In this document: positions 18,715-27,450 of the stretch, one piece after another
Position numbering within the stretch: position 1 is the stretch's first letter
Layout: each line of letters starts with the position of its first letter
From: a phage
Sequence record: PZ452579.1
Strand: one strand, 5' to 3'
Length of the DNA stretch: 64,000 bases
Made by a program: the position numbers and the translations under genes
The notes under the pieces: generated by a model
Databases searched by the model: none
Seen by the model: the letters and a program-made list of their open reading frames with translations, nothing else
What the model was told of the DNA's origin: nothing

Positions 18715-20399
18715 TAGATTCGTTCCCATTGATGAGTGATATCGCCACCGATTGGACGATAGGAAACACCAGTTTCTTTATCAGTTAGTACCCATTTACC
18801 AGGATTTTTTGTAATCAGAGTAGCCGTTACAGGTTCTGCTACGTCATAACTAATAGAGCCGTCTTGAAGTACACGGCCCATATTACGTAATTGCTTAGTC
18901 AGAAGTTCCATACCTTTATAATATGCGGCTACCGCTTTAAGTGGATTATTCTTGAAATAACCACCTAATGCAATCCAGATAATTGCCACTGCCAAATGAT
19001 GATACTCGTTAAACGAACTCATCTTTCCATATTTGTAAACTAATGGATTGATGTTAATAGTCACATTACAAGTTGTTTCATCAATAGTAAACTGTCCCCA
19101 GGTCGGATTAGCGTTGAATTCATCATAACCTGAAACAGCATAAAGCACTTTAGCTTCATCGTACAATTTTGGCCCGTAAATCTTGGTTTCGCCAAAATAT
19201 CCACGAGGGTCGATAAACTTGACTTCGCCGTTATCAGTAATCATAGTATTACTGAAGTTCGGGTCACCATGAATAACAGAGTACTGTCCCTGAGAACGGT
19301 TATGATAACGAATAAGGTGTTCTAAAGCTTGTTTCAGCATTGGCTTCAGACGTCCAATCTTAGTGTAGTTCACATGTGTGATTTTACCAAATGAATCAAT
19401 CAATGGTTGAATGCTTTCACAACGATCAATAACTTTCGTATAGAATTCTTTAGTGAAATCACGACGAACAGTTTCAGGACTTACAAAATAAGTGTCTGTG
19501 CTGAATTTCAGTGCATCTAAAATTGCATCAACAATTTGTGGACGAGCAAGACTTGATTTGGATTTAATATATTCAAATGCCGGCTTACCTTTAATGCGTT
19601 CCATTTCAAAGTTATTTTCATTAACAGAAACTAACTGAGGAACTGAATCTGATTTCACTTTAAGATACCATGAAATCTCATCTTTCTGAAGAGCTCGGCC
19701 CTGTTCGGTTAATGCGAATTTAGTTACAGTTTCTTCACCAATTTCAACTGCATTAAAACTACGATTAAGTTCACGAACTTCATGAGCTTTTTCAAGTTTA
19801 GGCATATCACCTAAATCAATTAGATTCATAAGCTCTGATTTATTGAATGCACTGCCGTAAAGGAATTCTACGAAATCACGTCCTTTGCAGTATTCGTGAA
19901 TTTCCTCATCAGTAGAACCCATGTAGAATTCCCAGTCTTTGAACTGATAAATTCCTACAACATTACCACCTGTTGAACCTACGTTAGTGATATTTTCACC
20001 GTCGAAATTATATCGACATTCGTCACCCTTAACATAGATTGCGTTAACATTCCAAGACCATGAACCAAAATCAGGAATAATATCACACCAGTTAACAATT
20101 ACATTATGGCCGTCTAAATCTTTGTGTAATTTAGCAAGAGCATAAGCAGAACCATACGCTTCATCAACTGTACGAATAGTCACATTGAACCCTTCTTGCT
20201 CACAATAAGCTCGAACAGTTTCAGCAAATTTTGAATGAACTACTACAATAATTTCATCTGCGCCAAGGTCAGAATAAATTGTATACAAATTGCTCAGAAT
20301 AGTGTCTTGTTTATAGTTCACAAGAACTTTTGGAATATGGTGAGTAATTGGATATAAACGAGTTGCCAGTCCAGCACCAAGAATAACAGCTTTTTTCAT
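18714..20399 (-). CDS. Bifunctional sugar-1-phosphate nucleotidyltransferase / sugar kinase
   Basis: 561 aa; N-terminal ILGAGLATRL (GxGxR NTase motif), C-terminal IHGDPNFSNTMITDNGEVKFIDPRGYFG (APH/choline-kinase-like catalytic loop). Confidence 0.75.
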   Translation of the reverse strand: MKKAVILGAGLATRLYPITHHIPKVLVNYKQDTILSNLYTIYSDLGADEIIVVVHSKFAETVRAYCEQEGFNVTIRTVDEAYGSAYALAKLHKDLDGHNVIVNWCDIIPDFGSWSWNVNAIYVKGDECRYNFDGENITNVGSTGGNVVGIYQFKDWEFYMGSTDEEIHEYCKGRDFVEFLYGSAFNKSELMNLIDLGDMPKLEKAHEVRELNRSFNAVEIGEETVTKFALTEQGRALQKDEISWYLKVKSDSVPQLVSVNENNFEMERIKGKPAFEYIKSKSSLARPQIVDAILDALKFSTDTYFVSPETVRRDFTKEFYTKVIDRCESIQPLIDSFGKITHVNYTKIGRLKPMLKQALEHLIRYHNRSQGQYSVIHGDPNFSNTMITDNGEVKFIDPRGYFGETKIYGPKLYDEAKVLYAVSGYDEFNANPTWGQFTIDETTCNVTININPLVYKYGKMSSFNEYHHLAVAIIWIALGGYFKNNPLKAVAAYYKGMELLTKQLRNMGRVLQDGSISYDVAEPVTATLITKNPGKWVLTDKETGVSYRPIGGDITHQWERI

Positions 20400-20426
20400 G
20401 TTGAAGTCCTCATTGGTAAGTAGGAG

Positions 20427-20453
20427 TATTGTACACTATTCTAGTTAAAGCAT
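20427..20453 (-). promoter_or_regulatory. Candidate T4 middle promoter (MotA box + -10) upstream of the NTase/kinase gene
   Basis: Minus strand aATGCTTTAa then 11 nt then TACAAT, about 20 nt before RBS GAGGA and ATG at 20399. Confidence 0.4.
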
Positions 20454-20584
20454 TCATACTTTGCTTGTAGTCCAATCATAATCCATCCAATTACAAGTGT
20501 TGGAATCATTACTGGAGCCGTTAAGCTCCAGTAGATAGTCATGACAAGCATCAATAGTAAAAGTCCTATTGTTATTGCTTTCAT
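20441..20584 (-). CDS. 47-aa hydrophobic peptide (single TM)
   Basis: Manual translation MKAITIGLLLLMLVMTIYWSLTAPVMIPTLVIGWIMIGLQAKYECFN; ATG overlaps SIS gene stop (ATGA); below track size cut-off. Confidence 0.35.
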   Translation of the reverse strand: MKAITIGLLLLMLVMTIYWSLTAPVMIPTLVIGWIMIGLQAKYECFN

Positions 20585-21216
20585 TGTTCGCCTCGTAACA
20601 TGGCACCTAGTGCACCGCCTGGATGGAACTTAAGGAAATCATTAGAGGTAAATCCGCGTTCAGACGAAAGGTTGATAGCGAACGTATCGATAAGCGCTAA
20701 CAACAATGTAGTAGACATTGTCGGAGCTAAAGAGTTCTCGTCAACTTCTACCGCGATACCGGTACAGAACGTATAATCAAAAAGAGCTTCGTATTCTTGT
20801 GGAATGTCAGGGTTACAATGTAACAGAATCTGTTTAACCTGAGGACGAATCATACGAAGATGTTTAGCAACACCTATCATTTCTTCAGTCTTACCAGAAC
20901 GACTGATGTGAATCAACACATCATTAGGTGCAATAAATCCTGCGTCACCATGAGAATAATGCCCAGTGTTCAAATACATGCTAGGAATACCTAGTGAAGC
21001 AAAAGTCTCGGAAGCTTTAGTTGCGATATTAGCATTCTTACCAACACCTGTAATAATTACACGACTTTCATAATTACTCAGTCCAGGGCGACGAAGAGTT
21101 TCAAGAATAGCATTATATCGGGCAGGGTTTTGACTAATTACTTTAGCCATAGTGGCAAGAGATGAAGCTTGTTTTACGATTGCGTCAATAGCGATAGTGA
21201 TTGGTGTAGTTTTCAT
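20581..21216 (-). CDS. SIS-domain phosphosugar isomerase (KdsD/GutQ-like arabinose-5-phosphate isomerase, SIS domain only)
   Basis: 211 aa; ITGVGKNANIATK ... HGDAG ... SRSGKTEE pattern matching KdsD SIS domain rather than GmhA. Confidence 0.75.
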   Translation of the reverse strand: MKTTPITIAIDAIVKQASSLATMAKVISQNPARYNAILETLRRPGLSNYESRVIITGVGKNANIATKASETFASLGIPSMYLNTGHYSHGDAGFIAPNDVLIHISRSGKTEEMIGVAKHLRMIRPQVKQILLHCNPDIPQEYEALFDYTFCTGIAVEVDENSLAPTMSTTLLLALIDTFAINLSSERGFTSNDFLKFHPGGALGAMLRGEQ

Positions 21217-21256
21217 ATTTCTCTCATTTAATTAGTTGGCCGTCCTTGGCATTATA

Positions 21257-23968
21257 TCAAAAATCAAACATATCGAACAGAGATGCTTTCTTCTCGTAAT
21301 CGAGTTTCGCTGCTGATGTGAATCCTTCAAGCGGTTTAATAAATGTCTTCTCAAGGAGAACAGTGTAGTCCATCCAATGAAGTACATCATCTTTGATTAA
21401 ATCAGTGATTTCCGTACCAGAAGGCCATGCGATACATTTATCACCGAATGGGTTTCCTTCACGTAAAGGCAGAACATATACTTTTTCACCTTCTACAACT
21501 TGTGGAGCATCAATATTACCTTTGATAGCCCGGTTATATGTCAGAATTCCACGAATATGGAACGGGCATTTAGGTCCTGGATATCCACCTACATCATATT
21601 TAGCAATGTTATTCGCAGAAGATACCGACGCGATGCTAATATAATTCAATTGACGGAATTCTTTTTCAAACTCTTTAAAATATTCTTGTAATGATTCTTC
21701 ACCTTCTTGAAGCATACGACGAATACATTCTTTAAGAGCTTTCTGTACTGCTTTAGGAGTCGAAGATTTCTGAGTCTCTAGACCCATGATTTTGAGTTTA
21801 GGCTCAGCGTATCTGGTTCCTTCCATATCCCACACGTTTAATGCATAACGTTTCTTACCAGTCCAGAATCCACCAATACCTTTAGAACCGAGCGGAGGAC
21901 CAGCGATAGCTTCTCGGTCCATGAACATTAAGTGTTGTTTATTGTTCATGTATTCACACATTTCACGGAAACCTTTATCAATAGCTGGTTCCATACGTTC
22001 ACGTGCAAACTTATCTAAGAAGTCTACCCAATGGTTGGTATCACGGAATTTAGATTCACCAACCTTATCGATAATTTTATCAGCAGATACGTAAATAGAG
22101 TCTGTATCACCATAAAGAACGAAAGCTTCACCTTCTGTACCACAAACTTCATTCAGATATTCATTAACTTTACGTTCAATCCACTGTAAAGCCATTTGAC
22201 CAAATGTTGTGATTGCAGTAGCATTACGCAAATCATAATAACGGAACCAAACGTTGCCAAGTGCACCATAAAGTGAGTTGATAAGCAATTTACGGTTAAT
22301 CTGTGCAGTCATACCTGCAACTTCAGTACGTTGAGCTCTAAACAACATTTCATTAAGAGATTTAGCAGACAACTTTTTAATCTTTTCTTTAATCTCATCA
22401 CTGAAGTCGAAACGATAATCAACATCTAATGGTTCGTCAACAGAAAGATTAGGATTATGTAAGGCCTCTTTAATTATTTCACCATTACGTTGAGCCGCAA
22501 GCATATAACCTTTATGTTCTTTACGTTGATTAAAGACTTTAGTGATTTCAGTTGGAACAACACCGTCACGGTCTTTATAATACATCATGCCGTTAGGAGA
22601 ACAACTGTACACATCAGAAGGACGTTCAGCAACAGCGTTAATATAATCATGTAATGGAGCTACTTTAAACGTTCCTGCTATTGTTTCTGGGCTAATATTC
22701 ACTTGGCGAATGATGCTTGGATACAGAGATGTTAGGTCGAAGCTCATCACATATTTGTATCGATTTGGAATAGGTTCCTTAACAAAAGCACCCGGGTAAG
22801 GTTGAACTGGATGCGAACGACCTTGTGGAATCACCTTGTTTTGTTCTTTAAGGCTATTAAAAATAATAGCGTCCCACGTTTTAATTGGGCTAAACACAGA
22901 TTGAATCTGTATCTTAGCATAATAACCCATGTCCAAGCTCAAGTTAATGAACTGACGCTTAGCATCAATTTGCAATACACGATACACGTCGATAATGTTA
23001 TAAGAAATATATCGTTGGTGATTGCTTTCACGAAGCTTAGAAATAGGGCCATCATATTTCAGTTTACCAACGTTCAATTCAAATTCTGAAATGTAATCCA
23101 GAGAATACGACGGTTGATTGGTAAAAGAGAATTTTTTGTAAAGGTCGATGTAATCAAGAACAGAGATACCGAACAATGTAATGATTTCTCGTGAACCATA
23201 CATGTTTTCAATAACTTTAACACGAGTCTTGCGATGTGGTGACAACCGTTTTGCTGTGGATTCGCCAAAAATATTCTTGATTCGGTTATACACATATGGA
23301 ATATCAAATGACTCAACGTTCCATCCAGTCAAAATGACAGGAGTTTTCTGTTGCCAGAAGTTGAGATATTCCATCAACAATTCTTTTTCGTTATCGAACG
23401 GCATATAAATGATTTTATCGATAATTTCAGATGGAACTTCATCACCGCCTTGTTCTTGAAGCTTAGCAGCGATTTCAATAGACCATTCTTCTACATTACC
23501 ATATGGAGAATTCAATAGATCAAATACGTAGAACCTGTCGTCAATTGAGTCATAATGGGTGATAGCATCAATCGGATGTTTTGCTTGTGACGGCTCAGGG
23601 AACCCGTCCGGAGATGTTACTTCGATGTCGAAGTTAGCCACACGAATTTTTGTATGGTCGTATTTGATTTCATAGTTATAAGTGTCAGACAAATACGCCA
23701 ATTTGAAATCGTCCATGCCAAGTGCTTCAAGTCCGATATCTTCCATGCGTTTAATCCATTGTGAGGCATCACGCATATTAGCGAACAACTTACGAGTACA
23801 CGGCTTACCGTAGATATCGAAATATTTCGTAGCCTGACTTTCTGGACAATGAGCAAACAGTGATGGTTTATATTCTACTTCACGAGTACGTTCACGGCCG
23901 TTAGAATCGATGTAACGTTCAAAAATTGAATCACCGATCTGTTCAACCGTTAAGTAAAATTCTTTCAT
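21257..23968 (-). CDS. 43: DNA polymerase gp43 (family B)
   Basis: 903 aa; exonuclease and polymerase motifs including YGDTDS; T4 gp43 size and position. Confidence 0.95.
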   Translation of the reverse strand: MKEFYLTVEQIGDSIFERYIDSNGRERTREVEYKPSLFAHCPESQATKYFDIYGKPCTRKLFANMRDASQWIKRMEDIGLEALGMDDFKLAYLSDTYNYEIKYDHTKIRVANFDIEVTSPDGFPEPSQAKHPIDAITHYDSIDDRFYVFDLLNSPYGNVEEWSIEIAAKLQEQGGDEVPSEIIDKIIYMPFDNEKELLMEYLNFWQQKTPVILTGWNVESFDIPYVYNRIKNIFGESTAKRLSPHRKTRVKVIENMYGSREIITLFGISVLDYIDLYKKFSFTNQPSYSLDYISEFELNVGKLKYDGPISKLRESNHQRYISYNIIDVYRVLQIDAKRQFINLSLDMGYYAKIQIQSVFSPIKTWDAIIFNSLKEQNKVIPQGRSHPVQPYPGAFVKEPIPNRYKYVMSFDLTSLYPSIIRQVNISPETIAGTFKVAPLHDYINAVAERPSDVYSCSPNGMMYYKDRDGVVPTEITKVFNQRKEHKGYMLAAQRNGEIIKEALHNPNLSVDEPLDVDYRFDFSDEIKEKIKKLSAKSLNEMLFRAQRTEVAGMTAQINRKLLINSLYGALGNVWFRYYDLRNATAITTFGQMALQWIERKVNEYLNEVCGTEGEAFVLYGDTDSIYVSADKIIDKVGESKFRDTNHWVDFLDKFARERMEPAIDKGFREMCEYMNNKQHLMFMDREAIAGPPLGSKGIGGFWTGKKRYALNVWDMEGTRYAEPKLKIMGLETQKSSTPKAVQKALKECIRRMLQEGEESLQEYFKEFEKEFRQLNYISIASVSSANNIAKYDVGGYPGPKCPFHIRGILTYNRAIKGNIDAPQVVEGEKVYVLPLREGNPFGDKCIAWPSGTEITDLIKDDVLHWMDYTVLLEKTFIKPLEGFTSAAKLDYEKKASLFDMFDF

Positions 23969-24023
23969 TTAATTTCCTTTAGACGAGTTATTGTCTTTTG
24001 TTTGTTGATGAACTTATTATACT

Positions 24024-24046
24024 CCAAATGGGACCGAAGTCCCATT
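24024..24046 (-). terminator. C(UUCG)G hairpin between regA and 43
   Basis: AATGGGAC-CGAA-GTCCCATT 8-bp stem; immediately 3' of regA stop. Confidence 0.5.
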
Positions 24047-24049
24047 GCT

Positions 24050-24418
24050 TTAATTACCAATTGTATATTTTGCTTTCAAAGTCCAGTCATCTTTCTGTTT
24101 AAAAGAGATAACTCGGAAGTTATTAGTCAGGCTAAATAGATCTTCACGAGCAGAGTCTTCAATAACAATCAATCCCCAGTCTTCAAGCAACTGGGCAATC
24201 GAATCACGTCGCTGATAGTCTTCACCGTCAATATCAACCTGACGTCCATCCATACGCAACATTTCTTTAAAGTGGACGATATAGTACTTACCTTGCTTTT
24301 GGAGGATATGACAAGACTGGTAAAGGACTTTATCCTTGTTATTAGCGATGCCCATACGGGTCAAAGTCTCTTTGACTTTCAGAAAATCTTCAGGGTTCTT
24401 CAATTTAATTTCAATCAT
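24050..24418 (-). CDS. regA: Translational repressor RegA
   Basis: MIEIKLKNPEDFLKVKETLTRMGIANNKDKVLYQSCHILQK... near-identical to T4 RegA; start at homologous Met. Confidence 0.9.
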   Translation of the reverse strand: MIEIKLKNPEDFLKVKETLTRMGIANNKDKVLYQSCHILQKQGKYYIVHFKEMLRMDGRQVDIDGEDYQRRDSIAQLLEDWGLIVIEDSAREDLFSLTNNFRVISFKQKDDWTLKAKYTIGN

Positions 24419-24420
24419 TT

Positions 24421-24984
24421 TTACCATTCCAATGCTATTTTTTTAAATTGTTTTTGTTCTTTCACATTTTTTGTAACTTCTTTGAGAAACTCATCAGTGA
24501 CCATGGCCTTCAGTTCTTTAAGGACTATTGGCAACTTGTTATTTTTTTCAAGGAGCCGCTTATACTCGGTAGCATCATTCATGTTGATTGTGTAATGTTT
24601 CATCAACAGTTTGATAACTAGTAACTCTGAAGTGTCTTCGACTAGTTTAGCCCATTTAGAGAATCGACGACCACGCGGAATTGCCGCCATCATATAGTTG
24701 AAGTGCGCTTCATCACTTAATTCAGAACCGACTAAGTTCATCATGTAAACAGCTGGCATACATTCTGGGAACTGTGATAATGAGTTCTCAACCATAAATT
24801 TTGAGTAGTCGACCTGAGCAATTGACATAGATTTCTTTTCATTAATAGCATTAATGATTTTAAAGAATTCATTCTCAGGTTTTTCTTTAAACATATCAGC
24901 ACATTTTTGAATCGCATCAGCGTCATTAGACTTCCATGCAATTTGGTGCTCGTTAAGCCGGACGTCATCATCAAATAAGTTCAT
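24421..24984 (-). CDS. 62: Clamp loader subunit gp62
   Basis: 187 aa; matches T4 gp62 along its length. Confidence 0.88.
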   Translation of the reverse strand: MNLFDDDVRLNEHQIAWKSNDADAIQKCADMFKEKPENEFFKIINAINEKKSMSIAQVDYSKFMVENSLSQFPECMPAVYMMNLVGSELSDEAHFNYMMAAIPRGRRFSKWAKLVEDTSELLVIKLLMKHYTINMNDATEYKRLLEKNNKLPIVLKELKAMVTDEFLKEVTKNVKEQKQFKKIALEW

Positions 24985-24985
24985 A

Positions 24986-25948
24986 TTATTTCCAAGTCAG
25001 TTCGCAGGTCAGTTGAAGAAGCATATACATAACATGTAATTCAATATTACTTGCTAATCCATGAAACTTATTGTTTTCGCCTGCAATTTCATAAAGCGAA
25101 ATAATACTTTTACCAGGTGCAACTTGGTCATAACATTCTGAAACTAATTTATCGATGAACCATGAATAATCTGCAGCGTATTTTGGAGCTAATGCACGAA
25201 GCTGTTTGATATCTTTGTTCTTCATTGCTTCGATAACATCAGAGACTGTGCCACGGTCATTAGTTACGATAGACAAAATACCCGCATCAAGAACACCTTT
25301 AGACGAGTACTGGTCTAATTGACCAATTGTACGACGAAAGTCCGGGAAGTTCTTTTTAACCAGAGCTGCAACAACTTTCATATCGGCGATTTCGATATTT
25401 TCATTCTTACAGATTTCAACCATACGATGAATCATTTTCTTCATCATCGAGATTTTATCTTCTTCGGTTGGACGACCGAATTCGATAACTCGACAACGAC
25501 TACGTAATGGTTCAATAATTCCATCGATGTTGTTAGCAGTAATAACAATAGAGCAGTTACTAGAGAATTCTTCCATAAACGTACGAAGGTGTCGTTGTGA
25601 TTCGGCGAGGCCACTACGGTCAAATTCATCGATAACGATAACTTTAGGCTTGCCTTCCATTGAGACCGAACGAGCGAATGCAGTTAACGGACCACGCACA
25701 AAATCAATCTTACAATCAGAACCGTTGACGAACATCATTTCGGCATTGATATCATTACATAATGCTTTTGCTACGGTTGTTTTACCTGTACCAGGAGAAG
25801 GAGAGTGCAAAATAATATGAGGAAGTTTTCCTTTAGATACTAAAGACTTGAATGTTTCATGGTCATACTCAGGCAGAATACATTCGTCAATGGAAGAAGG
25901 ACGATATTTCTGTTCTAGAATGTGTTCTTTGGAATTGATAGTAATCAT
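24986..25948 (-). CDS. 44: Clamp loader ATPase gp44
   Basis: 320 aa; Walker [14 protein letters not shown]+ motifs. Confidence 0.92.
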   Translation of the reverse strand: MITINSKEHILEQKYRPSSIDECILPEYDHETFKSLVSKGKLPHIILHSPSPGTGKTTVAKALCNDINAEMMFVNGSDCKIDFVRGPLTAFARSVSMEGKPKVIVIDEFDRSGLAESQRHLRTFMEEFSSNCSIVITANNIDGIIEPLRSRCRVIEFGRPTEEDKISMMKKMIHRMVEICKNENIEIADMKVVAALVKKNFPDFRRTIGQLDQYSSKGVLDAGILSIVTNDRGTVSDVIEAMKNKDIKQLRALAPKYAADYSWFIDKLVSECYDQVAPGKSIISLYEIAGENNKFHGLASNIELHVMYMLLQLTCELTWK

Positions 25949-26023
25949 GTAATTTTCCTCATTATCATTAAACTGGAGGATTTCTCCTCCATAATCGTAT
26001 CACAATAAACGTAAAGCTTTGAC

Positions 26024-26710
26024 TTAGAAGTCGTGAGTAGAATCGGCTTCCATCGCAATAACATAACTTACTTGAGAGCTTTCAAACTTGGCTGCAACTT
26101 TATCACCAGCTCCCCACAACATTACTTTATAGTTACCTGGCTGGATTTTCATATTAGCCATATTGATTACGAAGTTAAAGTTGTTAGAACCATCATAATC
26201 GGTAAGAGTCAAAGAATACTTAGGACGAGTTAGTCCAGAATCTTCAACTTTATTATAGCCATTGATAACAATTTTACCATCTTTATTTGTAATAGCAATT
26301 GTATCAATCTGAAGACCACGTGAAACTCGAAGTAATTGTTGAAGGTCTTCAGCTTTAATTTCAGTAATCACAGAAGCCACTGGGAATTGAATTGGCTTAT
26401 TAGGAAAAACAATGGTGCTCTTGTCAGCGGCAGGCCAATAAACTGTGGAACGTGTATCTGCAATTTTAATATTGCCATCAGTGTGCATTGAAATTTCAGC
26501 ATCGTCAGACACTAGACTCAAAATGCTTAAGAAGCTATTCAAATCATAAAGTGCTACGTCAAAATCAATTTCATCGGAGATATTTGCTTCCGCATAAGTG
26601 GTGCCATTAACTGCACGAGTCATAATAAATTTACCTTGACTCAGCAGAATGCCGGAGTTAATAGAGGCAAAGTTTTTCAGAATAGCGATAGTATCTTTAG
26701 ACAGTTTCAT
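26024..26710 (-). CDS. 45: Sliding clamp gp45
   Basis: MKLSKDTIAILKNFASINSGILL... matches T4 gp45; start at homologous Met. Confidence 0.92.
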   Translation of the reverse strand: MKLSKDTIAILKNFASINSGILLSQGKFIMTRAVNGTTYAEANISDEIDFDVALYDLNSFLSILSLVSDDAEISMHTDGNIKIADTRSTVYWPAADKSTIVFPNKPIQFPVASVITEIKAEDLQQLLRVSRGLQIDTIAITNKDGKIVINGYNKVEDSGLTRPKYSLTLTDYDGSNNFNFVINMANMKIQPGNYKVMLWGAGDKVAAKFESSQVSYVIAMEADSTHDF

Positions 26711-26752
26711 TTTATTTCCTTTCAAGACAATTCAAAGTTTATAACAAATTTA

Positions 26753-27169
26753 TTATGCAGCAACCATCTGCTTTTTAATAGCTTCAGGCAGTGATTCAAT
26801 ATATTCTGGAATTTTAGAAGCAACAATTTCGCCAGCTGCAATTAGTTGTTCGTCGGCATCAACACAGTAGAAATCTTCTAGACGCTCAGAACCGTCTTTA
26901 TCAAGAACGATTTTTCCGCCAGCTTCAATAGAATCTTTATAGTGCTTACGCATTAGATGAATCCACATATCAGATACATCGTTATCAATAAAACCATAAA
27001 TCATAAAACGAGTTTCTTGTGGCAAAGATTGGAGTTTTTTAGCACTTGCGTCATCACAATGCAGGACCCATGCTTTACGAACACGATTATGGTTATGTGG
27101 GTTAGAGTCAGTACGGATAGAAGTAACTTTCAGATCAGCAGCAGTGAAACCTTTAGCAGTAGTAAACAT
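26753..27169 (-). CDS. rpbA: RNA polymerase binding protein RpbA (by synteny and similarity)
   Basis: 138-aa ORF directly downstream of gene 45. Confidence 0.65.
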   Translation of the reverse strand: MFTTAKGFTAADLKVTSIRTDSNPHNHNRVRKAWVLHCDDASAKKLQSLPQETRFMIYGFIDNDVSDMWIHLMRKHYKDSIEAGGKIVLDKDGSERLEDFYCVDADEQLIAAGEIVASKIPEYIESLPEAIKKQMVAA

Positions 27170-27181
27170 ATTATTTCTCTC

Positions 27182-27373
27182 TTATTCGTAGAAGTCGGTA
27201 ACTGTCCATGCGGTATTGCGATTAGACATTATTTTATTATACTCGTCTTTAAAAGCAGATTTGAGCATTTGTTCAGTAACAATATGTTCTTCACCTGAAA
27301 ACGTATTGGTCAAAACATATTTTTTAATTTCAGGGACAACGAGAAGATGTTGGCCGGTTGAATACTCCGCCAT
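27182..27373 (-). CDS. Hypothetical protein (45.2 position)
   Basis: 63-aa ORF. Confidence 0.45.
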   Translation of the reverse strand: MAEYSTGQHLLVVPEIKKYVLTNTFSGEEHIVTEQMLKSAFKDEYNKIMSNRNTAWTVTDFYE

Positions 27374-27393
27374 TATAAATCTCCGAGATTAAA

Positions 27394-27401
27394 GCAATAT
27401 A
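27394..27401 (+). promoter_or_regulatory. Plus-strand late promoter TATAAATA upstream of the HNH endonuclease gene
   Basis: Exact tataaata about 50 nt upstream of ATG at 27451. Confidence 0.5.
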
Positions 27402-27450
27402 AATAGGTTTATCAATTTATCTGTTGCTGTATCAAATAAGGATTTAGTAA

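Noticed and set aside
24027-24046. gp43 translational operator at the hairpin upstream of gene 43
   Set aside because: The hairpin sits about 60 nt upstream of the gene 43 start and directly after the regA stop, not overlapping the gene 43 RBS; more consistent with a terminator/stabiliser
24741-24974. Same-strand nested ORFs inside larger genes (24741..24974 in gene 62; 25444..25629 in gene 44; 45276..45476; 54501..54692; 58681..58917; 61089..61271; 62875..63183)
   Set aside because: They are out-of-frame overlaps within confidently identified or longer ORFs; no independent support
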